This document shows positions 1 to 9,359 of a stretch of DNA of 64,000 nucleotides, piece by piece. Positions within the stretch are counted from its first letter, which is position 1. The number at the start of each line of letters is the position of its first letter. Position numbers and translations under genes: made by a program. Source of the stretch: an uncultured Pseudomonadales bacterium (GTDB lineage: Bacteria > Patescibacteriota > Microgenomatia > UBA1400 > PJMF01); assembly GCA_964393205.1 (NCBI GenBank), contig CAYMSV010000001.1, positions 103,440 to 167,439 on the forward strand, read 5' to 3'. Below the pieces are notes generated by a model. The model ran no database searches. It was not told the DNA's origin and saw only the letters and a program-made list of their open reading frames with translations.

Positions 1-70
1 ATATCGATCTCGTCGGCGACAATTAAGTCCTAGTGAAAAGAAGCTCAGAAGAATTAAAAACTGGCGGATT

Positions 71-2656
71 TTGGCTTTGGTTTTTTGCGGCCTGGTGGTT
101 TTTGGCATCATTAGTTTTTTAATAATGTTTGCTTGGTTTTCTAGAGATTTACCAAAACCTGGACAAGTGATTAGAAGAGAAGGTTTTAGTAGTAAAATTT
201 ATGATCGCGAAGGTGAATTGTTATACGATCTCTTTCAAGAGGAGCGTCGCCAACCCAGTAAAATTGAAGACATCCCAGAAGTACTTAAAAATGCGACCAT
301 AGCTATTGAAGATAGAGATTTTTATAAGCATCGTGGTTTTGATTTTTTAACTATTGTTCGTATTCCTTATAACTTTATTTTTAGAGGTCGTGTGGTGGGT
401 GGCTCTACCCTCACCCAACAATTAGTTAAAAATGCGCTACTGACTAATGAGCGAACAATTATTCGTAAATTTAAAGAATTGGTTTTATCTATTCAGATTG
501 AGCGCAGATTTAGCAAAGATGAGATCTTGACAATGTACCTGAATGAAGCTCCATATGGAGGTAATCTCTGGGGAGTGGCAACGGCAGTTGAAGCCTATTT
601 TAATAAACCGATGAGTGAATTAACTATTTTGGAAAGTGCTTTTTTGGCTGGTTTACCTCAACGCCCCAGTGTCTATTCTCCTTATTCAACTCGTTTGGAT
701 GAAGATGGCGAGCCTTATTGGAAAATGCGCACCAGAGCGGTGTTGAAGGCGATGAAAGACAATAAGCATATTTCCGATGAGCAATATGAAGAGGCTTTAA
801 CTGGATTAGAAGACTTAAGTTTTGAGCGAGTGATGTCAGAAATTAAAGCCCCACACTTTGTTTTTTATGTACAAAGAGAACTTGAAGAAATGTTTGGTGA
901 GGAATTGTTGATGCGAGGAGGTTTAAATGTTACTACTACCCTGGATTGGCAGTTACAAGAATTAGCACAGACAGTTGTTAGTGAGGAGGTCGAAGCAGTC
1001 ACTAGATATGAAATTAGCAATGGAGCGGCATTAGCTCTGAATCCTAAAACTGGAGAAATATTAGCGATGGTTGGTAGCAGAGACTACTTTAATGATGATA
1101 TAGGTGGTCAATTTAATGTGGTAGTAGACGGTCTTAGACAGCCAGGATCAGCGATTAAGCCTATTACTTACTTGGGCATGCTTCAGCGTGGCTTTACACC
1201 GGCCACGATGGTTATGGACGTGCCGACTACTTTTGCGAGAAATGAGGCAGAAAAACCCTATACTCCTCGTAATTATGATGGGCAATTTCGTGGACCAGTG
1301 AGTTTGCGTCAATCTTTAGGCAGCTCTTTAAATATTCCAGCAGTGAAGTCTTTAGCAACAGTGGGTTTAGAAGACTTTTTAAGCCTAGCTTATGAAATGG
1401 GTCTGGAAACCCTTGAACCAAACAAGGCTAATTTACAACGTTTTGGCTTAGCTCTTACTTTGGGTGGTGGTGAAGTATATATGTTAGATTTAGCCGGAGC
1501 GTATAGCATTTTTGCTAATGGAGGGCAGAAAATTGAGTCTGTAGCTATTTTGAAAGTAGAAGACAGCGAGGGCAAGGTGCTTTATGAACATAAACAAACT
1601 CAGGGCAAGCAAATCATTGATGAAGCAGAAGCATTTTTAATTAATGATATTTTATCTGATAATAACGCTCGGCTTTTAGCTTTTGGCGCTAACTCTCTGT
1701 TAAATACGGGACGACCAATTGCTGTCAAAACTGGAACTACTAATGACATGAAAGATAACTGGACTATTGGTTGGAGTAGTGATGTGTTGGTGGCCGCTTG
1801 GGTAGGTAATAATGACAATAGTTCGATGAGCTATGTAGCTTCTGGTATTACTGGAGCCTCACCCATTTGGCGAAGAATTATTTTGGGAGCGCTCAATTTT
1901 GGTTATTCTGCAGCAGAATGGGAAATGCCTAGTAATGTTGAAAGAGTTGAAGTTGATGCAATTTCTGGCTATCCCAAACATGATGATTTCCCCAGTAAGT
2001 TTGACTATGCAATTAAAGGAACACTCCCAGCTCTCCCCGACCCCATCCATCGTTTAGTTGAAGTTTGTAAAGGAGAAAATGATAAGTTGGCTACTGAAGC
2101 AAAAATTGCTGCGGGAGATTATGATAGGCGCGAGTTTATCTATGCTTTAGAAGAAGATCCATTCAGTGAGGATGGAGTGAATAGATGGCAGATTGGTATA
2201 AATGCTTGGATAGAGGCACAGGATGATTCTCGTTATCGAGTACCGAATGATTATTGTGGTGATTTTGGAGATGTTAGTGTCAGGTTAAGAAAACCCAATG
2301 ATAAACAAAATTTTAAAGATGAGGAGATTGAAGTTGAGATTAGGGCTGGTAGCGATGATGGCATTGAAAAGCTAGAACTTTATGTGGATGGTGAGCTTTT
2401 GGAAACCATTGAGGGTCGTAGCGAATATAGGGGAAAAATTAAATTAAAGACAGGTAAGCACGAGCTTTATGCAAAAGCCTATGCTAAAAGTGGTGAAACT
2501 AAAACTAGTGGTAAAGTCAGAATTGGTGTAGGAGGAGTTGATTGGGATTATGTAGAGCCAACTCCAACTCCAGAGCCAGTTGCCACCCCAGAACCAACAA
2601 CAGCAGTTATTGAATTAAGTCCGACTCCTACTCCGGTAACTGAAGAAGATGATTAG
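71..2656 (+). CDS. mrcA: Class A penicillin-binding protein (transglycosylase + transpeptidase) with a C-terminal Ig-like domain and a Pro/Thr-rich tail
   Basis: Translation shows N-terminal TM anchor, GT51 motifs (EDRDFYKHRGFD, GGSTLTQQLVKN), transpeptidase motifs (SAIKP, KTGTT); C-terminus PTPTPEPVATPEPT linker. TTG start in the ORF track. Confidence 0.85.
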   Translation: MALVFCGLVVFGIISFLIMFAWFSRDLPKPGQVIRREGFSSKIYDREGELLYDLFQEERRQPSKIEDIPEVLKNATIAIEDRDFYKHRGFDFLTIVRIPYNFIFRGRVVGGSTLTQQLVKNALLTNERTIIRKFKELVLSIQIERRFSKDEILTMYLNEAPYGGNLWGVATAVEAYFNKPMSELTILESAFLAGLPQRPSVYSPYSTRLDEDGEPYWKMRTRAVLKAMKDNKHISDEQYEEALTGLEDLSFERVMSEIKAPHFVFYVQRELEEMFGEELLMRGGLNVTTTLDWQLQELAQTVVSEEVEAVTRYEISNGAALALNPKTGEILAMVGSRDYFNDDIGGQFNVVVDGLRQPGSAIKPITYLGMLQRGFTPATMVMDVPTTFARNEAEKPYTPRNYDGQFRGPVSLRQSLGSSLNIPAVKSLATVGLEDFLSLAYEMGLETLEPNKANLQRFGLALTLGGGEVYMLDLAGAYSIFANGGQKIESVAILKVEDSEGKVLYEHKQTQGKQIIDEAEAFLINDILSDNNARLLAFGANSLLNTGRPIAVKTGTTNDMKDNWTIGWSSDVLVAAWVGNNDNSSMSYVASGITGASPIWRRIILGALNFGYSAAEWEMPSNVERVEVDAISGYPKHDDFPSKFDYAIKGTLPALPDPIHRLVEVCKGENDKLATEAKIAAGDYDRREFIYALEEDPFSEDGVNRWQIGINAWIEAQDDSRYRVPNDYCGDFGDVSVRLRKPNDKQNFKDEEIEVEIRAGSDDGIEKLELYVDGELLETIEGRSEYRGKIKLKTGKHELYAKAYAKSGETKTSGKVRIGVGGVDWDYVEPTPTPEPVATPEPTTAVIELSPTPTPVTEEDD

Positions 2657-3925
2657 TGTGAGACTAGTTAGTCCTGCAACTTGAGTAATTAGGTAGTGGT
2701 CCAGACTAGCGATAGGTATTAAAAGTAAGATTTTTGACCAGGTCAGCTTTGTTCTTAATTTCCAAATGATAAGTAGTAGTAAGCCAGAAGTGATGATTCC
2801 ACCCTCACTGAGAATTAATAGACCCAAATGATGAACTGGTTGAACAAAACGCACCACTTCTCGGTTTTGACTATAGTTTTCAAGTTCTCTAACAAAGTTA
2901 TTTAAACCAATTCCAAAAACTGGCTGATCGGCGAACATTTGCCAAGCTGCTTCATTAAGTATTTCCCTTCGCGATACAGATAGGTGGTTTTTTTTAAGAT
3001 TACTATCTAAGTGTTGAATAATAAAAGGGCTAAGAAGAAAGAATAAAATAAGTAAAAAGTTTAATAATTTTTGCCAAGATAAAATTGATTTTTTTAATTG
3101 TTTGTTTTTTATTTTCAATTTTTCAAAAAATAAATAAATTAAAAATATTAAAAAAGTTAATAAAGCGGAAAAAGATTGAGTTAAAACAATAATGATAAAG
3201 CTGTTAAATAAAAGCAGGCTTTTAATGCTTTTTTTTAATTGAGTATTTCCAAATAAGATGATGTTAAAAATTACAACTAAACCAGCCAAAATATTCGGAT
3301 GAGCAGTGCTCCCATAAGGTAGTATTTTTTCAGCTTTTAGGAATTGTCCTCGACTAATATTTGCAAATTGTTGTAAGTTGCTCTCACCAAAAAAATGATA
3401 AGGAGCGAAAGATTGTTGGTTGAAAAATTGATAATAAGCTAAAAAACTCTGCCAAACAACAGAGACCAAAAGAGCTTGATAAAAAGTGCGCAAACGTAGT
3501 TTATCTAAGTAAATTGATAGTATAAAAAGTCCGAGCAGGATTAATCGAAAATGAAAAATTAGAGAACTAAGACTAGGATTTAGAAATTGATTAAACAAAA
3601 TAAGACTGACCATTATTAAGATTGATATATCAATTTTATTTAATTTTATTTTATTTTTTTTGAAAATTTTTCTATTTTTTTCTTGAAAGAAAAAAATAGC
3701 CACACTGCTTAATAATAAACAATCAAACAGATAAATTTTAGGTATTAAATAATCGAGCAATAAACCTCTAACATAAGCTGTTTCTAAAGCTATTTTTAAA
3801 AACAGATTGCTGCTCAAACTAAGGATGGTAACAAAGAGTAGTAGCTGTTCAAATTTCACCCACCAATTGGGCTTGGAATTTTTTTTGGGCCAGGTCCACC
3901 ACTTTTTGACGAATTGGTTCCACAT
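2615..3925 (-). CDS. Polytopic membrane protein, O-antigen ligase (Wzy_C)-like
   Basis: 10+ predicted TM helices, extracytoplasmic loop with STAHPNILAG-type motif typical of Wzy/WaaL family; convergent 42-nt overlap with PBP gene end. Confidence 0.4.
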   Translation of the reverse strand: MWNQFVKKWWTWPKKNSKPNWWVKFEQLLLFVTILSLSSNLFLKIALETAYVRGLLLDYLIPKIYLFDCLLLSSVAIFFFQEKNRKIFKKNKIKLNKIDISILIMVSLILFNQFLNPSLSSLIFHFRLILLGLFILSIYLDKLRLRTFYQALLVSVVWQSFLAYYQFFNQQSFAPYHFFGESNLQQFANISRGQFLKAEKILPYGSTAHPNILAGLVVIFNIILFGNTQLKKSIKSLLLFNSFIIIVLTQSFSALLTFLIFLIYLFFEKLKIKNKQLKKSILSWQKLLNFLLILFFLLSPFIIQHLDSNLKKNHLSVSRREILNEAAWQMFADQPVFGIGLNNFVRELENYSQNREVVRFVQPVHHLGLLILSEGGIITSGLLLLIIWKLRTKLTWSKILLLIPIASLDHYLITQVAGLTSLTLIIFFSYRSRSRT

Positions 3926-5888
3926 CTTCTTTGCTTAAATTCTTCTTCGAATCTTGATAAATAATTTGAAAAGTATAATTGTTTTGATAAATACTAAGTA
4001 AACTAAATTCCCTAATTTTTTTATTTGTTTTTTCTAGGGCTCTGATAAAGTCTCCAACAGCCACTTGCTCTCTCAGGGTAAAAGTTAATTGTTCGATGAT
4101 GGCAGCTTGTTGACTAGCTTTTTGATATTGAGGATGAAAATTAGCTACTTTTAATAGATTATTTAATTTAATTTCGATGCCAACTAATTGTTTGTCTAAG
4201 AGGTGTAGATAGCCCAAAAAGACTCGTTGTCCCTGATCTTTAATTACGAGTTTAGCACTCTGAGTATAAATTGGATGATTTTTGACCATGATTTCTTCAA
4301 CCAAAAGCTCAACTTCATTTTTTTTGAGTACAAAAAATTTCTCTAATAATAGCTCAAAAACGCCCTTAACTTGGCGAAAATTATTTTGACTAAGCATACT
4401 GAGGTAGCTCTCTTGAATAGGTAAATCATTCTTGCGAGGATGATAAAGATTAGCAATTTCAAACAGTTGCCAGTCTTTGTTTTGAGGATGATCTTTAATG
4501 ATTGATATCAGCGATGGCAAAATTGATCGACGTAAATAAGTATTTTCTTCTTTAAGTGGATTCTGTAGTTTTAAATGTTTAGCTAGAGAATAACCAGACA
4601 TTAAAGCCTCTTCTTCTCCAACTAGAGAATAACTATAAATTTCTTGCCAAGCTAAATTGGCTAAAAAATTTCTGAGACAATTTTCTAATTTAAAAATATC
4701 TTGATTCGGTCGATTTGTAGGAATAGCGCTGCTCATTAATTTACTAGGTAAATTATGATAGCCATAAATCCTAGCAATTTCTTCAATGATATCTGCTGGA
4801 ATTTTCAAATCTGATCGGTACGTGGGAGCGATGACTTCTAGTTTCTCCTGTTTACTTTGTTTGAGGGTGCTTACTTGGCAATCTAAATCTTCTAAGATAT
4901 TAATAATTTCTGATTTAGGAATATTTATTCCCAAATATTTATTAATTGTTTCAGTGTTAATGATAACTTTATTTCCCATTTTTTTATCTGGAAAATAATC
5001 ATAAACTGAGCTGGCCACTTTAATATTAGCTAGTTTTTCTAGTAAGTAGACCGCATAATTTAGAGTTTTTTGAGCTAAATGTGGATCAACTTTTTTTTCA
5101 TTTAGTTGGGCAGCCATGGTGCGAATGGCATGCGCCATTGAGGCATAACGCACTTTGTGCGGGTCTAGTGATTCTATCCAAAATAAAATATTTTTAGTAT
5201 TTTGGTCAACACCGGTGTTTAAGGTACCCTTCACTGCGGGCAAATCAATAATTTCACCAGCACTATTTTCGAAAACGATTTCTCCACCCACAGTTTCATG
5301 TACTTCTTTGTCTAAGGTAGTGAATTTCTTACCTGGACGCGCTTCCTTAATAATAATTTTGCCACCCATACTCATAATTTTGTCGTAGTCAAAAACATGA
5401 CAGGGATGACCAAGTTCGTGGGTGACGTAGTTGCTAACATCAACCACTACATCATGAATATTGATGTCTACTGCTTGTAGGCGATTTTGTATATATTGAG
5501 GACTACTTTGTTGTTTGAAGTCAGTAAGGACAACGGCCATTACTCTTCTAATATGATCTGTTTCGTAAATGATTTCTGGTAAAGCTAAATTATGTTGGGG
5601 ATGTTTTTTAATCTCTGGATAGTTTTTTTTGGTGGAGCGAGCGCTAAAACCAGCTCTTTTTAGAATAGTAACTGCTTCACGGGCGATGCCTTCTATTGAC
5701 ATCATGTCTACTCGATTGGTGGTCACTTCGATATCGTAAACAACATCTTTATTTCCATCAGCCAATTTAACTGTAGTGAAACGCTCAACTGAGGGGCCAC
5801 TGAGAGACAGATATTTTTGAATATCTTTGGGTGTGGCCTTGCTGGAGAGATGTTCGTTTAACCAGCTATGTGGAATTAGTATGTTCAT
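3849..5888 (-). CDS. pheT: Phenylalanine--tRNA ligase beta subunit (short form lacking N-terminal EMAP/tRNA-binding domain)
   Basis: N-terminus MNILIPHSWLNEHL (B1 domain), B3/4 and B5 motifs, C-terminal anticodon-binding-like domain; 679 aa vs ~800 in E. coli. Confidence 0.85.
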   Translation of the reverse strand: MNILIPHSWLNEHLSSKATPKDIQKYLSLSGPSVERFTTVKLADGNKDVVYDIEVTTNRVDMMSIEGIAREAVTILKRAGFSARSTKKNYPEIKKHPQHNLALPEIIYETDHIRRVMAVVLTDFKQQSSPQYIQNRLQAVDINIHDVVVDVSNYVTHELGHPCHVFDYDKIMSMGGKIIIKEARPGKKFTTLDKEVHETVGGEIVFENSAGEIIDLPAVKGTLNTGVDQNTKNILFWIESLDPHKVRYASMAHAIRTMAAQLNEKKVDPHLAQKTLNYAVYLLEKLANIKVASSVYDYFPDKKMGNKVIINTETINKYLGINIPKSEIINILEDLDCQVSTLKQSKQEKLEVIAPTYRSDLKIPADIIEEIARIYGYHNLPSKLMSSAIPTNRPNQDIFKLENCLRNFLANLAWQEIYSYSLVGEEEALMSGYSLAKHLKLQNPLKEENTYLRRSILPSLISIIKDHPQNKDWQLFEIANLYHPRKNDLPIQESYLSMLSQNNFRQVKGVFELLLEKFFVLKKNEVELLVEEIMVKNHPIYTQSAKLVIKDQGQRVFLGYLHLLDKQLVGIEIKLNNLLKVANFHPQYQKASQQAAIIEQLTFTLREQVAVGDFIRALEKTNKKIREFSLLSIYQNNYTFQIIYQDSKKNLSKEDVEPIRQKVVDLAQKKFQAQLVGEI

Positions 5889-5911
5889 TGTTTTTATTTT
5901 CTTAGTATTTT

Positions 5912-6976
5912 TTAAAATTGTTCTAAAAATTCTTTATTAGCTGAATAAAAAAGTCGAATGTCATCAATATTTAAACCCTGTTTAAGGGTATAGCTTCTTT
6001 CTACTCCCCAACCAAAAGCAAAACCTCGGTATTTTTCGCTATCAATGCCGCCTGCTTTTAAAACATTGGGATGAACCATACCTGCCCCACCAACCTCATG
6101 CCAACCAGACTTACAAAAACGACAGTTAGTTTTTTTATTATCTTCATTTTTGATGTAGCCGCTGCCACCGCAAATTTGACAACTAAAATCAACCTCAAAA
6201 GAAGGTTCGGTAAATTTGAAGTGAAAAGGACGAATACGGCTTTTAGTTTTGGGTCCGAAGAATTCTTTGGCAAAATAATCAATAGTTCCCTTGAGATGCT
6301 GAATATTGATGTTCTTATCAACTACTAGTCCCTCAAACTGATGAAACATTTGAGTGTGAGTGTTGTCACTTTGTCGTCTGTAACAGCGACTGATATTGAT
6401 CATGCGAATAGGCGGTTGCCCTTTTACTCTTTCCATTTCTCTAACTTGACCATTAGAGGTGTGGGTGGTTAAGACCATTTTTCCTAATTGAGAATGAGGA
6501 GGAGTGTCGACAAAAAAAGTTTCCCATTCATCTCGTGCGGGATGGTTGGCTGGCATGTTGAGTGCAGCAAAAACATAATGATCCCAGTCAACTTCAGGAT
6601 AACGACCACGAATGAATCCGATCTTTTCAAAAATTTGACTAATTTCTTCAATAGCCTGTGAAACTGGATGGACATGACCCACTTTTTGTTTGATACCGGG
6701 AAGAGTGAGATCAAGGTGTTGTTGAGAATCAGTTTTTGCTTGTTGACGACTTTTAAGTTCTTTTTCTAAGTCTTTTTTTAGTTGATTAAGTATTTGGCCG
6801 AATTCTTTTTTTTCTTCATTTTTAAGAATTTTAATTTGACCGGCTAATTGATTAAAAAGCCCCTTTTTTCCAAGATATTTAATATTTAATTTATCAAAAT
6901 CACTATTATTTTTTTCTTTACTTAATTGAACCAGAAGTTCTTGACTTTGTTTAACTAAATCTTGATATTTAGACAT
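5912..6976 (-). CDS. pheS: Phenylalanine--tRNA ligase alpha subunit
   Basis: Class II aaRS motifs (FRPSYFPFTEPSFEVD, GAGMVHPNVL, GFAFGWGVER); CxxC...CxxC zinc-ribbon insert as in Bacillus PheS. Confidence 0.9.
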   Translation of the reverse strand: MSKYQDLVKQSQELLVQLSKEKNNSDFDKLNIKYLGKKGLFNQLAGQIKILKNEEKKEFGQILNQLKKDLEKELKSRQQAKTDSQQHLDLTLPGIKQKVGHVHPVSQAIEEISQIFEKIGFIRGRYPEVDWDHYVFAALNMPANHPARDEWETFFVDTPPHSQLGKMVLTTHTSNGQVREMERVKGQPPIRMINISRCYRRQSDNTHTQMFHQFEGLVVDKNINIQHLKGTIDYFAKEFFGPKTKSRIRPFHFKFTEPSFEVDFSCQICGGSGYIKNEDNKKTNCRFCKSGWHEVGGAGMVHPNVLKAGGIDSEKYRGFAFGWGVERSYTLKQGLNIDDIRLFYSANKEFLEQF

Positions 6977-7031
6977 GTTTTTTAAACTTTCTGTATCTGT
7001 ATTTTAACAGTTTTCATAGAGATTGACCAAA

Positions 7032-7226
7032 CTACTTAAAATTACACAAACCCAGGCGACAAATTTTTGCCAGACGATGGAGTTTGGGGCCACTTTGTTG
7101 CAACAACGGATCATATTGTTCTGGCAGTGATAATTTGAGCAATTTAGCCTCAAGTAAGTTAAGAGTTTGTGTGTCTCTTTCGATCTGTTTTAGTGTTGTG
7201 TTTTTTTCTTTTTTTGACATATCCAA
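7032..7226 (-). CDS. Small ORF (62-64 aa) in the rplT-pheS spacer, hypothetical
   Basis: ORF immediately after the rplT terminator hairpin; no recognisable domain and not Phe-rich (so not a pheM-type leader peptide). May be non-coding. Confidence 0.2.
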   Translation of the reverse strand: MDMSKKEKNTTLKQIERDTQTLNLLEAKLLKLSLPEQYDPLLQQSGPKLHRLAKICRLGLCNFK

Positions 7227-7230
7227 ATTA

Positions 7231-7262
7231 AAAAACCCCGCTTGGTAGCGGGGTTTTGTTTT
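7231..7262 (-). terminator. Rho-independent terminator hairpin (bidirectional) downstream of rplT
   Basis: CCCCGC-TTGGTA-GCGGGG stem-loop at about 7236-7253, flanked by A-run on one side and T-run on the other. Confidence 0.55.
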
Positions 7263-7368
7263 TATAATAATTACAAGAACATTACCCCACTCTTCGTTTA
7301 AAGAACTTTTGAATAAGAGAATGGTAATGTAGTATGTGTGACGAATTCATGGACAATTATTTATATAC

Positions 7369-7722
7369 CTATTTTTGTGTTTTGACAACAATTTCTTTAA
7401 AAGTATCGAAATCACGAATGGCCAATTCACTTAACATTTTACGATTAAGAGCAATTTTGGCGTTTTTTAAATTATTGATAAATCGAGAATAATTAAACTG
7501 TTGATTGATTTGTTTTAGTCCGGCATTGATACGGATAATCCAGAGCTTACGCATGTCACGCTTACGCAATTTACGTCCAATATAAGCATATTGTCCAGCA
7601 TGGAGTGAAGCTTCTTTAGCCCTTTTATATAAACGACTATTAGTTCCACGATAACCCTTGGTTAGTTTAAGGATTTTTTTATGGCGACGACGTCTAATAA
7701 CGCCTGTTTTTGTTCTTGGCAT
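7369..7722 (-). CDS. rplT: 50S ribosomal protein L20
   Basis: MPRTKTGVIRRRRHKKILKLTKGYRG... is a canonical L20 N-terminus. Confidence 0.95.
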   Translation of the reverse strand: MPRTKTGVIRRRRHKKILKLTKGYRGTNSRLYKRAKEASLHAGQYAYIGRKLRKRDMRKLWIIRINAGLKQINQQFNYSRFINNLKNAKIALNRKMLSELAIRDFDTFKEIVVKTQK

Positions 7723-7739
7723 AATAGCTTTCTAAGAAT

Positions 7740-7943
7740 TTATTTGAGACCTAGCATTCTTTTAATTTTTCGAGCGTAAGGAGCCTTAACTTCGACTGGA
7801 ATACGATAATTACGAATGGCTTTCTTGCTTTTATTACGGCGCAGATGGCGACGATTTTGAATACGACGCATGACTTTTCCGGTACCAGTAATATGAAAAC
7901 GGCGAGCGACGCCCTTTCTGGTTTTAACCTTAATTTTTTTCAT
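7740..7943 (-). CDS. rpmI: 50S ribosomal protein L35
   Basis: MKKIKVKTRKGVARRFHITGTGKVMRR is a canonical L35. Confidence 0.95.
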   Translation of the reverse strand: MKKIKVKTRKGVARRFHITGTGKVMRRIQNRRHLRRNKSKKAIRNYRIPVEVKAPYARKIKRMLGLK

Positions 7944-7951
7944 AATTATCC

Positions 7952-8509
7952 TTATTTTTTAACTTCTTTGCCCAGGGGGGCGAGTTGAGCTTGAAGCTTT
8001 TTACCTAGCAGTCGGGCTTCAACTTCAACTTTTGCAAGATCTTCTGTGTCTTTAAAGATTTTGGCAAAAATTTCATAGCCAGCTTCTTTATAAGCAATTT
8101 GTCTTCCTTTAAAGAAGAGAGTGATTTTAACTTTATGTCCCTTATTCAAAAAATCTCGCAATTGTTTGAGTCTGGTTTGATAGTCACCCTCCCCTATGAC
8201 TGGTGAGAAACGTAATTCTTTAAGATCTTGAACTTTAGACTTTTTTCGGTTATCAGCTTCTTTCTTTTTAAGCTGATACTTGAATTTTGATAATTCAATA
8301 ATCTTAACGATTGGTGGTTTAGCCTTTTCAGTAATTAAAACTAAATCTTTACCCGCATCCATTGCTTTTTTAAAAGCTTCTCTGGATGACATGACACCCA
8401 CCATTTCTCCATGTTCTGTTAAAACGCGCACTTCAGGAAAACGAATATTGGTATTCGCTTTCACAAATAAATTGTCTTTTTTATGTTTGTTGTATTTTCT
8501 TCTGATCAC
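7952..8509 (-). CDS. infC: Translation initiation factor IF-3
   Basis: EVRVLTEHGEMVGVMSSREAFKKAMDAGKDLVLI N-domain and C-domain motifs. First codon in the ORF track is GTG (RC of cac at 8507-8509), consistent with non-AUG starts typical of infC. Confidence 0.9.
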   Translation of the reverse strand: MIRRKYNKHKKDNLFVKANTNIRFPEVRVLTEHGEMVGVMSSREAFKKAMDAGKDLVLITEKAKPPIVKIIELSKFKYQLKKKEADNRKKSKVQDLKELRFSPVIGEGDYQTRLKQLRDFLNKGHKVKITLFFKGRQIAYKEAGYEIFAKIFKDTEDLAKVEVEARLLGKKLQAQLAPLGKEVKK

Positions 8510-8637
8510 CTGAGGTTTAGAATTATACTATAAATTAAACAAAAAGCCAGTAAGTAATCTCTGGAAAGATTGCGAACTTTAGCTATTTCTGTAAACTTCA
8601 AGGCTATTATAGCATGACTTATTGACTACAAAACAGA

Positions 8638-8666
8638 TTGATTTGTAGGTAGGCATCAAGTATAAT
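8638..8666 (+). promoter_or_regulatory. Sigma70-type promoter for tRNA-Val (TTGATT-17 nt-TATAAT)
   Basis: TTGATT at 8638-8643, 17-nt spacer, TATAAT at 8661-8666, about 19 nt upstream of the tRNA 5' end. Confidence 0.5.
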
Positions 8667-8685
8667 TCACAACGTTTAGTGATCG

Positions 8686-8758
8686 AGCTTGTAGCTCAGT
8701 TGGTTAGAGCGCTTCGTTGACATCGAAGAGGTCAGAGGTTCGAGTCCCCTCAAGCTCA
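8686..8758 (+). tRNA. tRNA-Val (anticodon GAC)
   Basis: Hand-folded cloverleaf: acceptor GAGCTTG/CAAGCTC, D-arm GCTCAGTTGGTTAGAGC, anticodon arm CTTCG-TTGACAT-CGAAG, T-loop TTCGAGT. No encoded CCA; followed by a T-run. Confidence 0.85.
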
Positions 8759-8786
8759 CTTTTTTATTTATTGATTGGGTTAATTT

Positions 8787-9359
8787 ATGAGCGAAAAAAA
8801 CGATTTAGTTGTTAAAGAATTGCCTCGCAATTATTATTACAACGGTCATCCAGACACAGTTATTGATCGAGTCGATGCTTTGGCAAAACTAAATGGCAAC
8901 CCAGAATTAAGTGAAAAAAGAGCTTTAATAATCCGAGAAGTTCTAACTTTTTGTCCTGTTCCCTTTTTAAACGAATTAATAGAGGCGCTAGAAAAACCCA
9001 GCGATGAGACTATAAAGCTTTTAATCAATAAAGCCAGTCACGGGGAAATCAATTTAAAAACTAACAATTCTCTAAGTGCAGAGCAAAAAAATCAAATTAG
9101 TACTTTAGCCTTCAATCTATTGGTTAAAAAAATAAATAGCTCTAGTGCAGAGAAACTCTTGCCCATTTTATACTTTGTTAAGGAATATATATCAGCTCAA
9201 AGAGCAGTAGTGTTAATGTCTGATCGGGAAGTTATGGAAATTGAAAAGGAAATGGGAGAATTACGAAAAAAAATTGATTTGGAGAGAGATAGACTGAGAG
9301 AAACTCAACAAGATTTACTTTTACTTTTTGTTAAAAAATTAAACAATTCTAATTTTTAG
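8787..9359 (+). CDS. Hypothetical protein (190 aa)
   Basis: Uninterrupted ORF after tRNA-Val; no recognisable motif; C-terminal charged coiled-coil-like segment. Confidence 0.5.
   Translation: MSEKNDLVVKELPRNYYYNGHPDTVIDRVDALAKLNGNPELSEKRALIIREVLTFCPVPFLNELIEALEKPSDETIKLLINKASHGEINLKTNNSLSAEQKNQISTLAFNLLVKKINSSSAEKLLPILYFVKEYISAQRAVVLMSDREVMEIEKEMGELRKKIDLERDRLRETQQDLLLLFVKKLNNSNF

Noticed and set aside
1227-2050. Short antisense ORFs (1227..1421, 1390..1575, 1600..1818, 1859..2050) opposite the PBP gene; similar antisense or shadow ORFs inside pheT, pheS, clpB, lon, uvrA, uvrB and others
   Set aside because: They are embedded in and antisense to (or out of frame with) long conserved genes, are 60-120 aa, and have no motifs. 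They are typical shadow ORFs in AT-rich DNA.
6977-7368. Looked for a T-box riboswitch or a Phe-rich leader peptide upstream of pheS
   Set aside because: No AGGGTGGNACCGCG-like T-box sequence and no Phe-codon-rich mini-ORF were found. Only a terminator hairpin and a generic small ORF are present.
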